A model generated the notes under the pieces. The model saw nothing but the letters and a program-made list of their open reading frames with translations, was not told where the DNA came from and searched no databases. 27,378 bases of DNA. Origin: an uncultured delta proteobacterium (GTDB lineage: Bacteria; Desulfobacterota; Syntrophia; Syntrophales; UBA2192). The position numbers and the translations under genes were made by a program. Below, one piece after another: positions 1-8,598 of the stretch (position 1 is the stretch's first letter; each line of letters begins with the position of its first letter). The DNA lies in the NCBI GenBank assembly GCA_963705165.1, contig CAVPJD010000027.1, forward strand, positions 1-27,378. Direction: 5' to 3'.

Positions 1-111
1 GATGGCATCACGTTCCTTAACGAGGTACGAGACATCGATGATAAAGTCCTACTGATTATGATGACAGGTAATGGGACGCTTGAAAACGCCATGGATGCGA
101 TAAGCAATTGA
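1..111 (+). pseudogene. C-terminal part of a response-regulator receiver domain, apparently truncated (5' part outside the window)
   Basis: Frame 1 translates DGITFLNEVRDIDDKVLLIMMTGNGTLENAMDAISN*, matching the receiver alpha3-beta4-alpha4 pattern (DG..L...I....P.IM.TG.G..E.A..A). It stops before the usual GA.DY..KP. The DNA is more AT-rich than the rest of the window. Confidence 0.55.
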
Positions 112-234
112 AGATCTTAGCGAAAATACATCATTTTTTTACAATATGATCTGTAAATGTCTATGGGGGGAGGTCACTACAAAATTCTTAACTTCTAAAC
201 CCCTCCCCCGCCTTGCCCTTCTCCTTAAAATGGC

Positions 235-263
235 TTGACTTTCCGCCTGCAAGCGGTTAGTGT
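235..263 (+). promoter_or_regulatory. sigma70-type promoter for argS
   Basis: TTGACT (235-240), 17-nt spacer, TAGTGT (258-263), about 115 nt upstream of the argS ATG. Confidence 0.55.
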
Positions 264-378
264 TTCCGCGTTTTCCGAGAGGGTAAAACATCTCCCCCGC
301 CGGGGGGGAAACGGTGATAAAAGAATTGGCCGCCGGGCCTTTTTTTTATTAGGATGGGCAACAGGATTCCATAGAACC

Positions 379-2043
379 ATGAAAGAGAAAATCATCAAGC
401 TGCTTGAAGAATCGACGTCGCGCTGCGTGTCCGAAGGCTTGTTCGAAGTGAAGAACCTCCCCTTTATTGAACTGGAGGCAACGCGCGATACGGCCCACGG
501 TGACTACGCGACGAACGTGGCCATGGTGATCGCTTCCCAGGCAAAGAAGAACCCCCGGGTGATCGCCCAGGCCATCGTCGGCAAGATGCAAGACGACGGC
601 CTTCTGCTGAACAAGGTGGAGATCGCCGGCCCCGGTTTCATCAACTTCTTTATCCGCGAGGACAACTGGCGCTTGCCGCTCAAGGAAATCGATCGCCTGA
701 AAGACCGATACGGTGCGCTCGATTTCGGGGCGGGGAAGAAGGTCCAGGTGGAGTTTGTGAGCGCAAACCCCACGGGCCCCCTGCACATCGGGCATGCGCG
801 GGGCGCCGTCACCGGCGACGTCATCGCCAACATCCTGAAGGCCAGCGGCCACGACGTCAGCAAGGAATACTATATCAATGACATGGGCAACCAGATGCGG
901 ACCCTGGGGCGTTCCGTATACCTGAGGTACCTGGAGATCCAGGGCGAAGCCATCGAATTTCCCCAGGACCACTACCAGGGCGATTACATCTCGGAGCTTG
1001 CGCAGGAAATCCTCTCGAAAGACGGGGAGCGCTATCGCGGCAAGAGCGAAGACGAAGTTATGCCGTTCTTCACGGCCTACGGCGCCGGGTCCATCCTGGA
1101 AGGGATCAAGGACGATCTCGGGTCTTTCGGGGTCTTCTTCGACTGCTACTTCAGCGAGGGGGAGCTCTACAAGAACGACGGCGTGATGAAACTCCTCGAC
1201 AGGCTCCGGGAACAGGGGCATGTCTACCGGGAGGGCGACACGCTCTGGTTCCGCTCGACGGCCTTCGGCGACGAGAAGGACCGGGTCGTCATCCGGGATA
1301 CCGGCACGCCCACCTACTTTGCCGCCGACATCGCCTATCACAAGAACAAGTTCGACAGGGGGTTCGATCTCGTCATCGACGTGTGGGGCGCCGACCACCA
1401 CGGCTACGTTCCGAGGCTCAAGGCGAGCATCGAGGCCCTCGGCGGGAACAAGGATGCCCTCAAGATCATCCTCGTTCAACTCGTGAGCCTGCTGCGGGAC
1501 GGAAAGCCAGTGGCCATGTCCACCCGTGCCGGGGAGTATGTGACGCTTCGGCAGGTGATTGACGAGGTCGGCCGGGACGCCGCCCGGTACAACTTCCTCA
1601 TGAGGCGCTCCGACAGTCAGCTCGATTTCGACCTGGAGCTTGCCAAGAGGCAGTCCAATGAAAACCCGGTATACTACGTACAGTACGCTCATGCGCGCAT
1701 CGCGAGCATCACCCGGATGGCGGCGGAGCGGGGCATGGAGATCCCGGGTGGCGACGATGTGGACCTCGGGCTGCTGACGCTTTCCGAGGAGATCCAGCTC
1801 ATCAAGTCCGTCATTCGCTTCCCCGAGATCGTCGAGGGGGCGGCGAAGGCGCTGGAGCCGCACCGGATCAGCTTCTACCTCAACGAACTGGCGGGTATCT
1901 TCCACAGCTACTATAACAAGAACCGGGTGGTCACCGATGATCCGGCGCTGAGCCGGGCGCGGCTTTTCCTCGTGAACTCGATCGGGCAGGTCCTGCGCAA
2001 CGCCCTGGGCATCCTCGGCGTCAGCGCTCCGGAGAAGATGTAA
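379..2043 (+). CDS. argS: Arginine--tRNA ligase
   Basis: Motifs [16 protein letters not shown] (HIGH), [20 protein letters not shown] and YVQYAHAR, ending APEKM. Start moved to ATG 379 because the TTG at 235 is the -35 box. Confidence 0.97.
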   Translation: MKEKIIKLLEESTSRCVSEGLFEVKNLPFIELEATRDTAHGDYATNVAMVIASQAKKNPRVIAQAIVGKMQDDGLLLNKVEIAGPGFINFFIREDNWRLPLKEIDRLKDRYGALDFGAGKKVQVEFVSANPTGPLHIGHARGAVTGDVIANILKASGHDVSKEYYINDMGNQMRTLGRSVYLRYLEIQGEAIEFPQDHYQGDYISELAQEILSKDGERYRGKSEDEVMPFFTAYGAGSILEGIKDDLGSFGVFFDCYFSEGELYKNDGVMKLLDRLREQGHVYREGDTLWFRSTAFGDEKDRVVIRDTGTPTYFAADIAYHKNKFDRGFDLVIDVWGADHHGYVPRLKASIEALGGNKDALKIILVQLVSLLRDGKPVAMSTRAGEYVTLRQVIDEVGRDAARYNFLMRRSDSQLDFDLELAKRQSNENPVYYVQYAHARIASITRMAAERGMEIPGGDDVDLGLLTLSEEIQLIKSVIRFPEIVEGAAKALEPHRISFYLNELAGIFHSYYNKNRVVTDDPALSRARLFLVNSIGQVLRNALGILGVSAPEKM

Positions 2044-2057
2044 CCACCGGAGGAGTC

Positions 2058-2710
2058 ATGCGGCCGCAACGGATGAAAGAGTTCGAGTTTCGACTTGGGA
2101 AGCTGGGGCTGGTGCTCTTTGTCATCGGCATCTCCTTCCTGCTCTTTCTGACGTTCGTGACGGGCGTCATGGTGGGCGTCAACATGGAGGGAAACCCCGA
2201 CCAGATCTCCCAGGGTATTCCCGGGATCATCAAACAGAAAGTAGGGCGATCGCAACCGGGCGAAACGGGCGAGGCGGAGAAGGGCGAGGAAGGCAAAAAG
2301 GGCGGAGCCGCCGACAAGGGCGATTTCAAACTGACCTTCTTCGACACCCTTTCGAAGGGAAAGGGGGCCGGTTCCTGCAGACCCGACGCAGCCCAAGGCG
2401 AAGAAAGAAGAGAGCAAGCGGGAGGAAAAAGCGACTGAGACGGCCCGGCCAGCCGCTCCTGTCAGCCGGGAATTATGTCATCCAGGTGGCCTCCCTGCAG
2501 GACAAAAAAAAGGCCGAGGACCTTCGTGACCGGCTCAGCAGCATGGGGTATGCCCCGTACATCGACTCGGCGGAGCTCAGCGACCGCGGCCGCTGGTACC
2601 GTGTCAAGCTCAAGGGCTTCGAGACGAAGGAACAGGCCCAGAAGGTGGTCGACGGGCTGCAGGCGAAGGTGAAGGGGCTGCAGTGCATGATCCTGCCAGC
2701 GGGCAGCTGA
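2058..2710 (+). CDS. SPOR-domain membrane-anchored cell division protein (FtsN/DedD-like), with two apparent frameshifts
   Basis: N-terminal TM helix and LTFFDTL motif (frame of 2058). Pro/Lys-rich linker in the next frame (about 2365-2460). SPOR domain YVIQVASLQ...A..L...L...GY...WYRV in the third frame, ending at TGA 2710. This is the usual position after argS. Confidence 0.8.
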
Positions 2711-2713
2711 AAA

Positions 2714-2823
2714 ATAGGGTATAGGGTATAGGGTATAGGGTATAGGGTCCGAAGGTACTAGAGATATTTTTATAATCGAAATCTTTTTCATTCCCTAGAC
2801 CCGAGCCCCGATACCCGATACCC
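2714..2823. repeat. Inverted heptamer array element: (ATAGGGT)x5, AT-rich spacer, degenerate (CCCGATA)-type arm
   Basis: Perfect ATAGGGT x5 at 2714-2748; ccctaga cccgagc cccgata cccgata ccc at 2793-2823. Confidence 0.9.
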
Positions 2824-2829
2824 ATCTCA

Positions 2830-2874
2830 CAGACGGAACAGACGGAATAGACCGAACAGACGGGATAGACCAAT
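2830..2874 (+). repeat. Nonamer tandem array, consensus YAGACSGAA, x5
   Basis: cagacggaa cagacggaa tagaccgaa cagacggga tagaccaat, ending 6 nt before the ffh ATG. Confidence 0.85.
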
Positions 2875-2880
2875 ACTACG

Positions 2881-4218
2881 ATGTTTGAGAATTTAACCGA
2901 TAAACTAGACGGCATCTTCAAGAAGCTCAAGAGCCGCGGGCGGCTCGACGAGGAGAACATCAAGGACTCCATGAAGGAAATCCGGATGGCCCTTCTCGAG
3001 GCCGACGTGAACTTCCGCGTCGTCAAGGACTTCGTCGAAGATGTTCGGGCGAAGGCCGTGGGGCAGGAAGTCCTCGAGAGCCTCACGCCCGGGCAGCAGG
3101 TTGTCAAGATCGTTCACGACCGTCTCGTGGAGCTCATGGGCGGCGCGGGAAGCCAGTGGCTCAAGCTTTCCGGCCGGTTCCCGAACCCGGTCATGCTCGT
3201 CGGTCTCCAGGGCTGCGGCAAGACGACGACGGCAGCGAAGCTCGCCCGGCTCACCATGGACCAGGGCCGCAGGACGGCGCTCGTCTCCCTGGATGTCTAC
3301 CGCCCTGCCGCCATCGAGCAGCTCAGGGTCCTCGGCGAGTCCCTCGGGGCGGGCGTGCTGCAAGCGGCGGATAAAAAGGACCCCGTCGAGATCGCTCTTG
3401 CGGCCATGGCGGAGGCGGAAAGCCAGGGGTACGACGTCCTCATCATGGACACGGCGGGCCGCCTGCACATCGACGCCGGGATGATGGACGAACTCACGAG
3501 GATCAAGGCGGCGACAAACCCTTCGGAGATCCTGTTCGTGGCCGATGCCATGACGGGACAGGATGCCGTCCAGGTCGCACAGAAGTTCGACGAGACGCTC
3601 TCCATCGATGGTGTCATCCTGACGAAGATGGACGGCGATGCGCGGGGCGGTGCCGCTCTTTCACTGCGGGCCGTTACGGGCAAGCCCATCAAGTTCATCG
3701 GTGTGGGCGAAAAGATCGATGCCCTCGAAGTCTTCCACCCCGAGCGCATGGCCTCGCGAATCCTCGGCATGGGGGACATTCTGACCTTCGTCGAGAAGGC
3801 CCAGGCAACCATCGACGTGAAGGAGGCGCAGGAGCTCGAAAAGAAGATCCGCAAGGACGCCTTCACCCTGGAGGATTTCCGGGATCAGCTGCAGAAGATG
3901 CGGAAGATGGGATCCCTGAAGGACATGCTCGGCATGATACCCGGGCTCGGCAAGCTCAAGGCCCTGAAGGACATCGATCCCGACGACAAGGAACTCGTCC
4001 GGACCATGGCCATCATCGATTCCATGACGAAGAAGGAGCGGGCAAACTACCTGCTCATCGACGGCTCCCGGCGCAAGCGCATTGCCCGTGGAAGCGGCTC
4101 CGCCGTGCAGGACGTGAACCGGCTTCTCAAGAACTACGTGGAGATGCGCAAGATGATGAAGAAGATGATGACCAAGGGGGGCAGGGATGGCCTTCGAAGG
4201 GGCTTTTTCCGTCCCTGA
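2881..4218 (+). CDS. ffh: Signal recognition particle protein
   Basis: MFENLTDKL start, ALLEADV, GLQGCGKTTT, DTAGR, TKMDGDARGG and a Met-rich M domain with SRRKRIARGSG. Confidence 0.98.
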   Translation: MFENLTDKLDGIFKKLKSRGRLDEENIKDSMKEIRMALLEADVNFRVVKDFVEDVRAKAVGQEVLESLTPGQQVVKIVHDRLVELMGGAGSQWLKLSGRFPNPVMLVGLQGCGKTTTAAKLARLTMDQGRRTALVSLDVYRPAAIEQLRVLGESLGAGVLQAADKKDPVEIALAAMAEAESQGYDVLIMDTAGRLHIDAGMMDELTRIKAATNPSEILFVADAMTGQDAVQVAQKFDETLSIDGVILTKMDGDARGGAALSLRAVTGKPIKFIGVGEKIDALEVFHPERMASRILGMGDILTFVEKAQATIDVKEAQELEKKIRKDAFTLEDFRDQLQKMRKMGSLKDMLGMIPGLGKLKALKDIDPDDKELVRTMAIIDSMTKKERANYLLIDGSRRKRIARGSGSAVQDVNRLLKNYVEMRKMMKKMMTKGGRDGLRRGFFRP

Positions 4219-4316
4219 TCGTGGCCGGTAAAAAAAAGGTTCTAAAAACCGTCGATATATGCTAACTTAATCTACTTTTTTTCGCTCAACACATCAGGAG
4301 GTAAGGGTTAAACGGA

Positions 4317-4586
4317 ATGGCTGTTAAGATAAGATTGACGCGGATGGGAGCCCGGAAGAAACCTTATTACCGGATCGTCGTAGCCGATTCGGCGGCGCCG
4401 AGGGACGGGAAATTTATCGAGATCGTCGGCAACTATGACCCGAAGAAGGATCCGGCCGTCATTACGTTGAAAGAGGACCGGATCAGGGAATGGCTCACCA
4501 AGGGAGCCGAACCGACACTGACCGTCTCCCAGCTGCTCCGGAAAAAGGGAATCACGATCGCAAAGGACAAGACCAAGGTCGCCTGA
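4317..4586 (+). CDS. rpsP: 30S ribosomal protein S16
   Basis: [33 protein letters not shown]; follows ffh. Confidence 0.98.
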   Translation: MAVKIRLTRMGARKKPYYRIVVADSAAPRDGKFIEIVGNYDPKKDPAVITLKEDRIREWLTKGAEPTLTVSQLLRKKGITIAKDKTKVA

Positions 4587-4668
4587 CACGCCGGCTTCGT
4601 TGGACTCTCAATTCAAAATGGGGTGAACCAGGAATTTAACGTCTAGAAATTCCCTGGAGGTCGTGACG

Positions 4669-4899
4669 ATGAAAGACTTGATCAAGTACATCGCCCAGGC
4701 GTTGGTGGACAATCCGGACAAGGTCGAGGTTTCGGAAGTTCATGGAGAGCAGACCTCTGTCATTGAATTGAGAGTGGCGAAGGAGGATCTGGGAAAAGTC
4801 ATCGGCAAACAGGGCAAGACCGCGAAAGCCATGCGGACGATCCTGAGTGCGTCGTCGGCCAAGGTTCACAAGCGGACCGTTCTCGAGATCATCGAGTAA
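4669..4899 (+). CDS. khpA: KH-domain RNA-binding protein (KhpA/YlqC family)
   Basis: [19 protein letters not shown]...[18 protein letters not shown] (GxxG loop). SD GGAGG at 4656-4660. Canonical rpsP-khpA-rimM order. Confidence 0.92.
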   Translation: MKDLIKYIAQALVDNPDKVEVSEVHGEQTSVIELRVAKEDLGKVIGKQGKTAKAMRTILSASSAKVHKRTVLEIIE

Positions 4900-4908
4900 C
4901 ACGCGCCG

Positions 4909-5433
4909 ATGAGATGGATCGAAATCGGACAGATCATCAAATCTCACGGCCTTGCGGGCCGTGTGAAAGCTCTTTCCTATCTTGAATCGAACCGCCTGTT
5001 GCCGTCGCTGAAGGAAGCCCGGATCGGCCCAAACAGGGACTCGGCGAAGCGATACCCCATCGAAGATGTGCGCCCCGAGGGGCGCACCCATTTCTCCCTC
5101 ACGATTGAAGGGATCGAGGATCGCAATGCCGCAGATGCCCTGAGGGGGCTCTCGATTTTCTTGCCCTACGACAGCCTGGAGACCCTCCCGGAGGGTGAGT
5201 ACTACTGGGAGGACCTCATCGGTCTGGCCGTCGTAACCGAGGACGGAAAGCCGCTGGGGCAAATCGAGAGCATCTTCCCGACGGGCAGCAACGATGTGTA
5301 CGTCTGCAAAGAAGGGGGCAGGGAGATCCTTCTGCCGGCCATTGCCGAGGTGATCCGGTCGGTGGACATCCAGGCAGGCACGGTGGTCGTCCGGTTGCTG
5401 AAGGGGATGGAGCCAGGTGATGATGCGCTTTGA
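4909..5433 (+). CDS. rimM: Ribosome maturation factor RimM
   Basis: [44 protein letters not shown] and EILLPAI. Confidence 0.96.
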   Translation: MRWIEIGQIIKSHGLAGRVKALSYLESNRLLPSLKEARIGPNRDSAKRYPIEDVRPEGRTHFSLTIEGIEDRNAADALRGLSIFLPYDSLETLPEGEYYWEDLIGLAVVTEDGKPLGQIESIFPTGSNDVYVCKEGGREILLPAIAEVIRSVDIQAGTVVVRLLKGMEPGDDAL

Positions 5434-6166
5434 CATCCTGTCCATCTTCCCGGAAATGTTCGAGTCCTTTTTCGGGTGCAGCCTCCTGAAAAAAGCACGG
5501 GAAAAGGGTCTCATCCGGATCGAGGCCCACAATATCCGTGACGGGGCCACAGACAAACACCGGATGACAGACGATTACCCTTACGGCGGCGGGGCGGGCA
5601 TGGTCATGAAGGTCGAGCCGATCGCCCGGGTACTCGAGGCCATCGGCGCCGCGAACGGGGAATGTCTGCGGGTCCTTCTGACGCCACAGGGCGAGACGTT
5701 CAGCCAGGCGATTGCCGGGGATCTGGCCCGGTCGAGCAGGATCGTTCTCATCTGCGGGCACTACGAGGGTGTCGATGAGCGGGTGAGGCAGAACCTGGTG
5801 GACCGCGAGATTTCCATCGGCGACTATGTCCTGACGGGGGGCGAGGCGGCGGCCATGGTGATCGTCGATGCCGTGGCAAGGCTCATTCCGGGCGTGCTTG
5901 GCAACGAGGAATCGGCCCGGCACGAGTCCTTCGCCATGGGGCTTTTGGAGTGCCCCCAGTACACGAGGCCGGAGGAATTCCGGGGGTGGAAGGTCCCCGA
6001 GGTGCTCCTTTCAGGGCACCACCGGGAGATCGAGGACTGGAGGCGCCGCGAATCGCTGAAGCGCACGCTCGAGCGCAGGCCCGATCTTCTGGCGACAGCG
6101 GCCCTTACGGAGAAGGATCGAAAGTTCCTCGAGGATCTGCAAAAGGATCTGCAAAAGGAATCCTGA
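5420..6166 (+). CDS. trmD: tRNA (guanine-N1)-methyltransferase
   Basis: [48 protein letters not shown] and QYTRP. Start could be 5417, 5420 or 5423. Confidence 0.98.
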   Translation: MMRFDILSIFPEMFESFFGCSLLKKAREKGLIRIEAHNIRDGATDKHRMTDDYPYGGGAGMVMKVEPIARVLEAIGAANGECLRVLLTPQGETFSQAIAGDLARSSRIVLICGHYEGVDERVRQNLVDREISIGDYVLTGGEAAAMVIVDAVARLIPGVLGNEESARHESFAMGLLECPQYTRPEEFRGWKVPEVLLSGHHREIEDWRRRESLKRTLERRPDLLATAALTEKDRKFLEDLQKDLQKES

Positions 6167-6238
6167 CGCATCTTCGGCGTCCTGCACTCTGCGCAGACGG
6201 TTCGTTTGCAGTCAGAGCTTTTTTTTGAAGCGCCATCG

Positions 6239-6805
6239 ATGAGGGGACGACTCTACATTGCTCTTTTACACCACCCGGTGCTCGACCGGGAGGGGCGGGT
6301 CATCACGAGCGCCGTGACGAATGCCGATATCCACGACATCGCCCGCTCGGCGAAGACCTACGGGGTGAAACGTTTTTTCATCGTGACCCCGATCGCGGAA
6401 CAGGCCGACCTGGTGAGAAAAATCATCGGACACTGGACCTGCGGGGCGGGCGGTGAGCTGAACCCGTCGAGGCGGGAGGCCCTGGAGGCCGTGGAGGTTG
6501 CAGGCAGCCTGGAGGAGGTTGTCGAGGCAATCGCCCGGGAGGACGCGAGTCCAGTAGATATCGTGGTGACAGGCGCCCGGCTGGGCGGATCCTGCGTGAG
6601 CCACGGGCAGTTGCGCGAGATCCTGGAAAACGGGCACGGACCAACCCTTTTCGTCTTCGGTACGGGATGGGGGCTTGCAGGCGAGGTCATCGAGAGCAGC
6701 CGGTATCGGCTGGAGCCCATCAACGGATCCGGGCCATACAATCATCTTTCGGTGAGATCGGCTGTTGCCATCACACTGGACAGGCTGGTGGGACGGAAGG
6801 GATAG
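6239..6805 (+). CDS. SPOUT-class RNA methyltransferase-like protein (TrmD-associated, DUF2168-type)
   Basis: LYIALLHHPV, TSAVTNADIHDIARSAKTYG, LFVFGTGWGL and YNHLSVRSAVAITLDRL. This family is commonly adjacent or fused to trmD. Confidence 0.88.
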   Translation: MRGRLYIALLHHPVLDREGRVITSAVTNADIHDIARSAKTYGVKRFFIVTPIAEQADLVRKIIGHWTCGAGGELNPSRREALEAVEVAGSLEEVVEAIAREDASPVDIVVTGARLGGSCVSHGQLREILENGHGPTLFVFGTGWGLAGEVIESSRYRLEPINGSGPYNHLSVRSAVAITLDRLVGRKG

Positions 6806-6840
6806 AAGGTAAGAAGTTGAGAGGGTAGGAAGGTAAGAAG
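6804..6840 (+). repeat. Octamer tandem array (AGAAGGTA type), left-arm orientation only
   Basis: agaaggta agaagttg agagggta ggaaggta agaag, beginning inside the TAG stop (6803-6805). Confidence 0.85.
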
Positions 6841-6860
6841 CATAGAAGGAATAGGTTGAT

Positions 6861-6914
6861 TCCCCCTCACCTCATTCCTCTCCCCCCAGGGGCGAGGAAG
6901 ATCAGGGAAGGGGA
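6861..6914. repeat. REP-like palindromic element (CCCCTCACC...CCTCTCCCC-nnn-GGGG.GAGG type)
   Basis: Stem ttcctc.cccc / gggg.gaggaa (6875-6899) with a 3-nt loop, plus outer tcccc / gggga pairing. Confidence 0.6.
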
Positions 6915-6948
6915 CCTTATAGGAAGATCATCAGGAGGTTTGGCTGTC

Positions 6949-7296
6949 ATGGATAAGATTGATTTAATTGAAAAGGAGCAGATGCGGGGAGACATCCCCG
7001 ACTTCAAGTCCGGAGACACCGTCAAGGTCTACGTGAAGATCGTCGAGGGCACCAAGGAAAGAATCCAGGTCTATGAAGGCGTCGTGATCAAGAAGACCCG
7101 GGGAAACAGCCGGGCCCAGTTCACCGTCCGCAAGATTTCCTACGGCGTGGGCGTCGAGAGGACCTTCCCCCTGCATTCCCCGGTGATCGACCGGGTGCAG
7201 GTCATGACCCGCGGCAAGGTGCGCCGCGCGAAGCTCTTCTACCTGAGAGGGCGCAAGGGGAAAGAGGCGAAGATCAAGGAAATCGACACGCGCTGA
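6949..7296 (+). CDS. rplS: 50S ribosomal protein L19
   Basis: [40 protein letters not shown] and [20 protein letters not shown] at 6933-6938 places the start at ATG 6949. Confidence 0.98.
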   Translation: MDKIDLIEKEQMRGDIPDFKSGDTVKVYVKIVEGTKERIQVYEGVVIKKTRGNSRAQFTVRKISYGVGVERTFPLHSPVIDRVQVMTRGKVRRAKLFYLRGRKGKEAKIKEIDTR

Positions 7297-7360
7297 GCAG
7301 GCGATGCTTTTCCCAAATGCTCTTGATCGGGCTTCATCCGGCGAGCAAGCAGATGCTATC

Positions 7361-7474
7361 AGAGGGTAAGAGGGTAAGAAGGTAAGAAGGTTGGAGGGGA
7401 ACGGGAACGGGTACGGCACTGTTTCTTTTCTTTCTCAACTTCCAACCCTCTCACCCTCTTACCTTCTCAACTTC
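7361..7474. repeat. Inverted octamer array element: AGARGGTA-type x4, spacer with (GGWACG)x3, TCTYAMCY-type x5
   Basis: Left arm agagggta agagggta agaaggta agaaggtt (7361-7392). Right arm tctcaact tccaaccc tctcaccc tcttacct tctcaact tc (7433-7474). Confidence 0.9.
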
Positions 7475-7503
7475 GTAAGTGCCCGGCGCATCGGCGGAAG
7501 AGG

Positions 7504-8124
7504 ATGGACAGCTTTGAACTGAGCGCGTACAAACGGGGGTATCGCGTCATTGCCGGCGTCGATGAAGCGGGAAGGGGACCTCTGGCCGGGCCTGTCGTGG
7601 CTGCGGCCGTTGTTCTCCCTCCCGGTTTTCGTCTTGACGGCGTCAGGGATTCGAAACAGCTTACGGAAAAGAAGAGACAGCGGTTTTACGACATCATCCT
7701 GAACGGCGCCTTGAGCTGGGCACTGGGTGTCGTGGAGCCTTCCGTCATCGACCGGATCAACATCTTTCAGGCCACCCGGCTCGCCATGAAAGAAGCCGTC
7801 CAGCAGCTCTTGCCGGCTGCGGATTATCTCCTCATCGACGGCGCGCGGGCCCAGCGCCTCAATCTCCCCATCACGCAGGAAACGATCATCCGGGGCGACA
7901 CCCTGAGCATCTCCGTGGCCTGCGCCTCGATCATCGCCAAGGTGTCCCGGGACCGGATCATGGAGATTTACCATCACCAGTTTCCCCAGTACAACTTCAT
8001 CAGCAACAAGGGCTACGGCACGAAGGAACACCTCGAGTCGATACAATGCCACGGCCCCTGCAAGATCCATCGCCGGAGCTTCAGGGGGGTGAAGGAGACC
8101 CTTGACCAGGGAGAGGAAAAATAA
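7504..8124 (+). CDS. rnhB: Ribonuclease HII
   Basis: IAGVDEAGRGPLAGPVVAAAV, DSKQL, LLIDG, ASIIAKVSRD, NKGYGT and IHRRSF. Confidence 0.98.
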   Translation: MDSFELSAYKRGYRVIAGVDEAGRGPLAGPVVAAAVVLPPGFRLDGVRDSKQLTEKKRQRFYDIILNGALSWALGVVEPSVIDRINIFQATRLAMKEAVQQLLPAADYLLIDGARAQRLNLPITQETIIRGDTLSISVACASIIAKVSRDRIMEIYHHQFPQYNFISNKGYGTKEHLESIQCHGPCKIHRRSFRGVKETLDQGEEK

Positions 8125-8473
8125 GGGAGCCTGGGGTGAGGACCGCGCGGCAGAGTTCCTTGCGAGGGAAGGGTACCGCATCCTCGAGAGGAACTACCGC
8201 TGTCCCCTGGGCGAGATGGACATCATCGCCCGAGAGGGGAAGACCGTCGTATTCGTCGAGGTGAAGACCCGCTCGTCGGAACGCTTCGGGCCGCCCCATG
8301 CGGCGATCGGGCCGCAGAAGCAGAGACGGATGACGGCCATCGCCCTCTGCTATCTCAAGGCACATGGGCTTCTCGGCGCCCCGGCGCGGTTCGATGTCGC
8401 CGCCGTCAGCCTGGGCGAGGGAGGGGAGAAGATAACCCTCTACAGAAACGCCTTCGATGCCACGGGATTCTGA
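8102..8473 (+). CDS. yraN: YraN/UPF0102 family putative nuclease
   Basis: GAWGEDRAAEFL...GYRILERNYR...GEMDIIA...VFVEVKTR...RFDV; TTG start overlapping the end of rnhB. Confidence 0.93.
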   Translation: MTRERKNKGAWGEDRAAEFLAREGYRILERNYRCPLGEMDIIAREGKTVVFVEVKTRSSERFGPPHAAIGPQKQRRMTAIALCYLKAHGLLGAPARFDVAAVSLGEGGEKITLYRNAFDATGF

Positions 8474-8484
8474 GCTACGCTCAG

Positions 8485-8558
8485 AGCCTGCAGCCCACAG
8501 TCTACAGCCTACAGCTAAAATCCTCTTTCTGTCGGCTGTTGGCTGTCGACTGTCGGCT
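8485..8558. repeat. Inverted heptamer array element: AGCCTAC-type x4.5, spacer AAAATCCTCTTT, CTGTCGG-type x4
   Basis: agcctgc agcccac agtctac agcctac agct (8485-8516); ctgtcgg ctgttgg ctgtcga ctgtcgg ct (8529-8558). Confidence 0.9.
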
Positions 8559-8598
8559 TCTAAACGCTGCATTGGAGGTAAAAGAGAAAATTGACGAA

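Noticed and set aside
235..378. N-terminal extensions of ArgS (from 235), L19 (from 6856) and RsmI (from 8539)
   Set aside because: They run through promoter or repeat DNA. Homology starts at the downstream ATGs (379, 6949, 8599).
2711..2880. SRP RNA (ffs) next to ffh
   Set aside because: No SRP domain IV motif is seen, and the spacer is explained by the repeat arrays.
2462..3107. Minus-strand ORFs with PYTLYPIP or VCSVYSVCSV low-complexity peptides (similarly 6964-7419, 8081-8614, 11056-11778)
   Set aside because: They are translations of the nucleotide repeat arrays, antisense to real genes.
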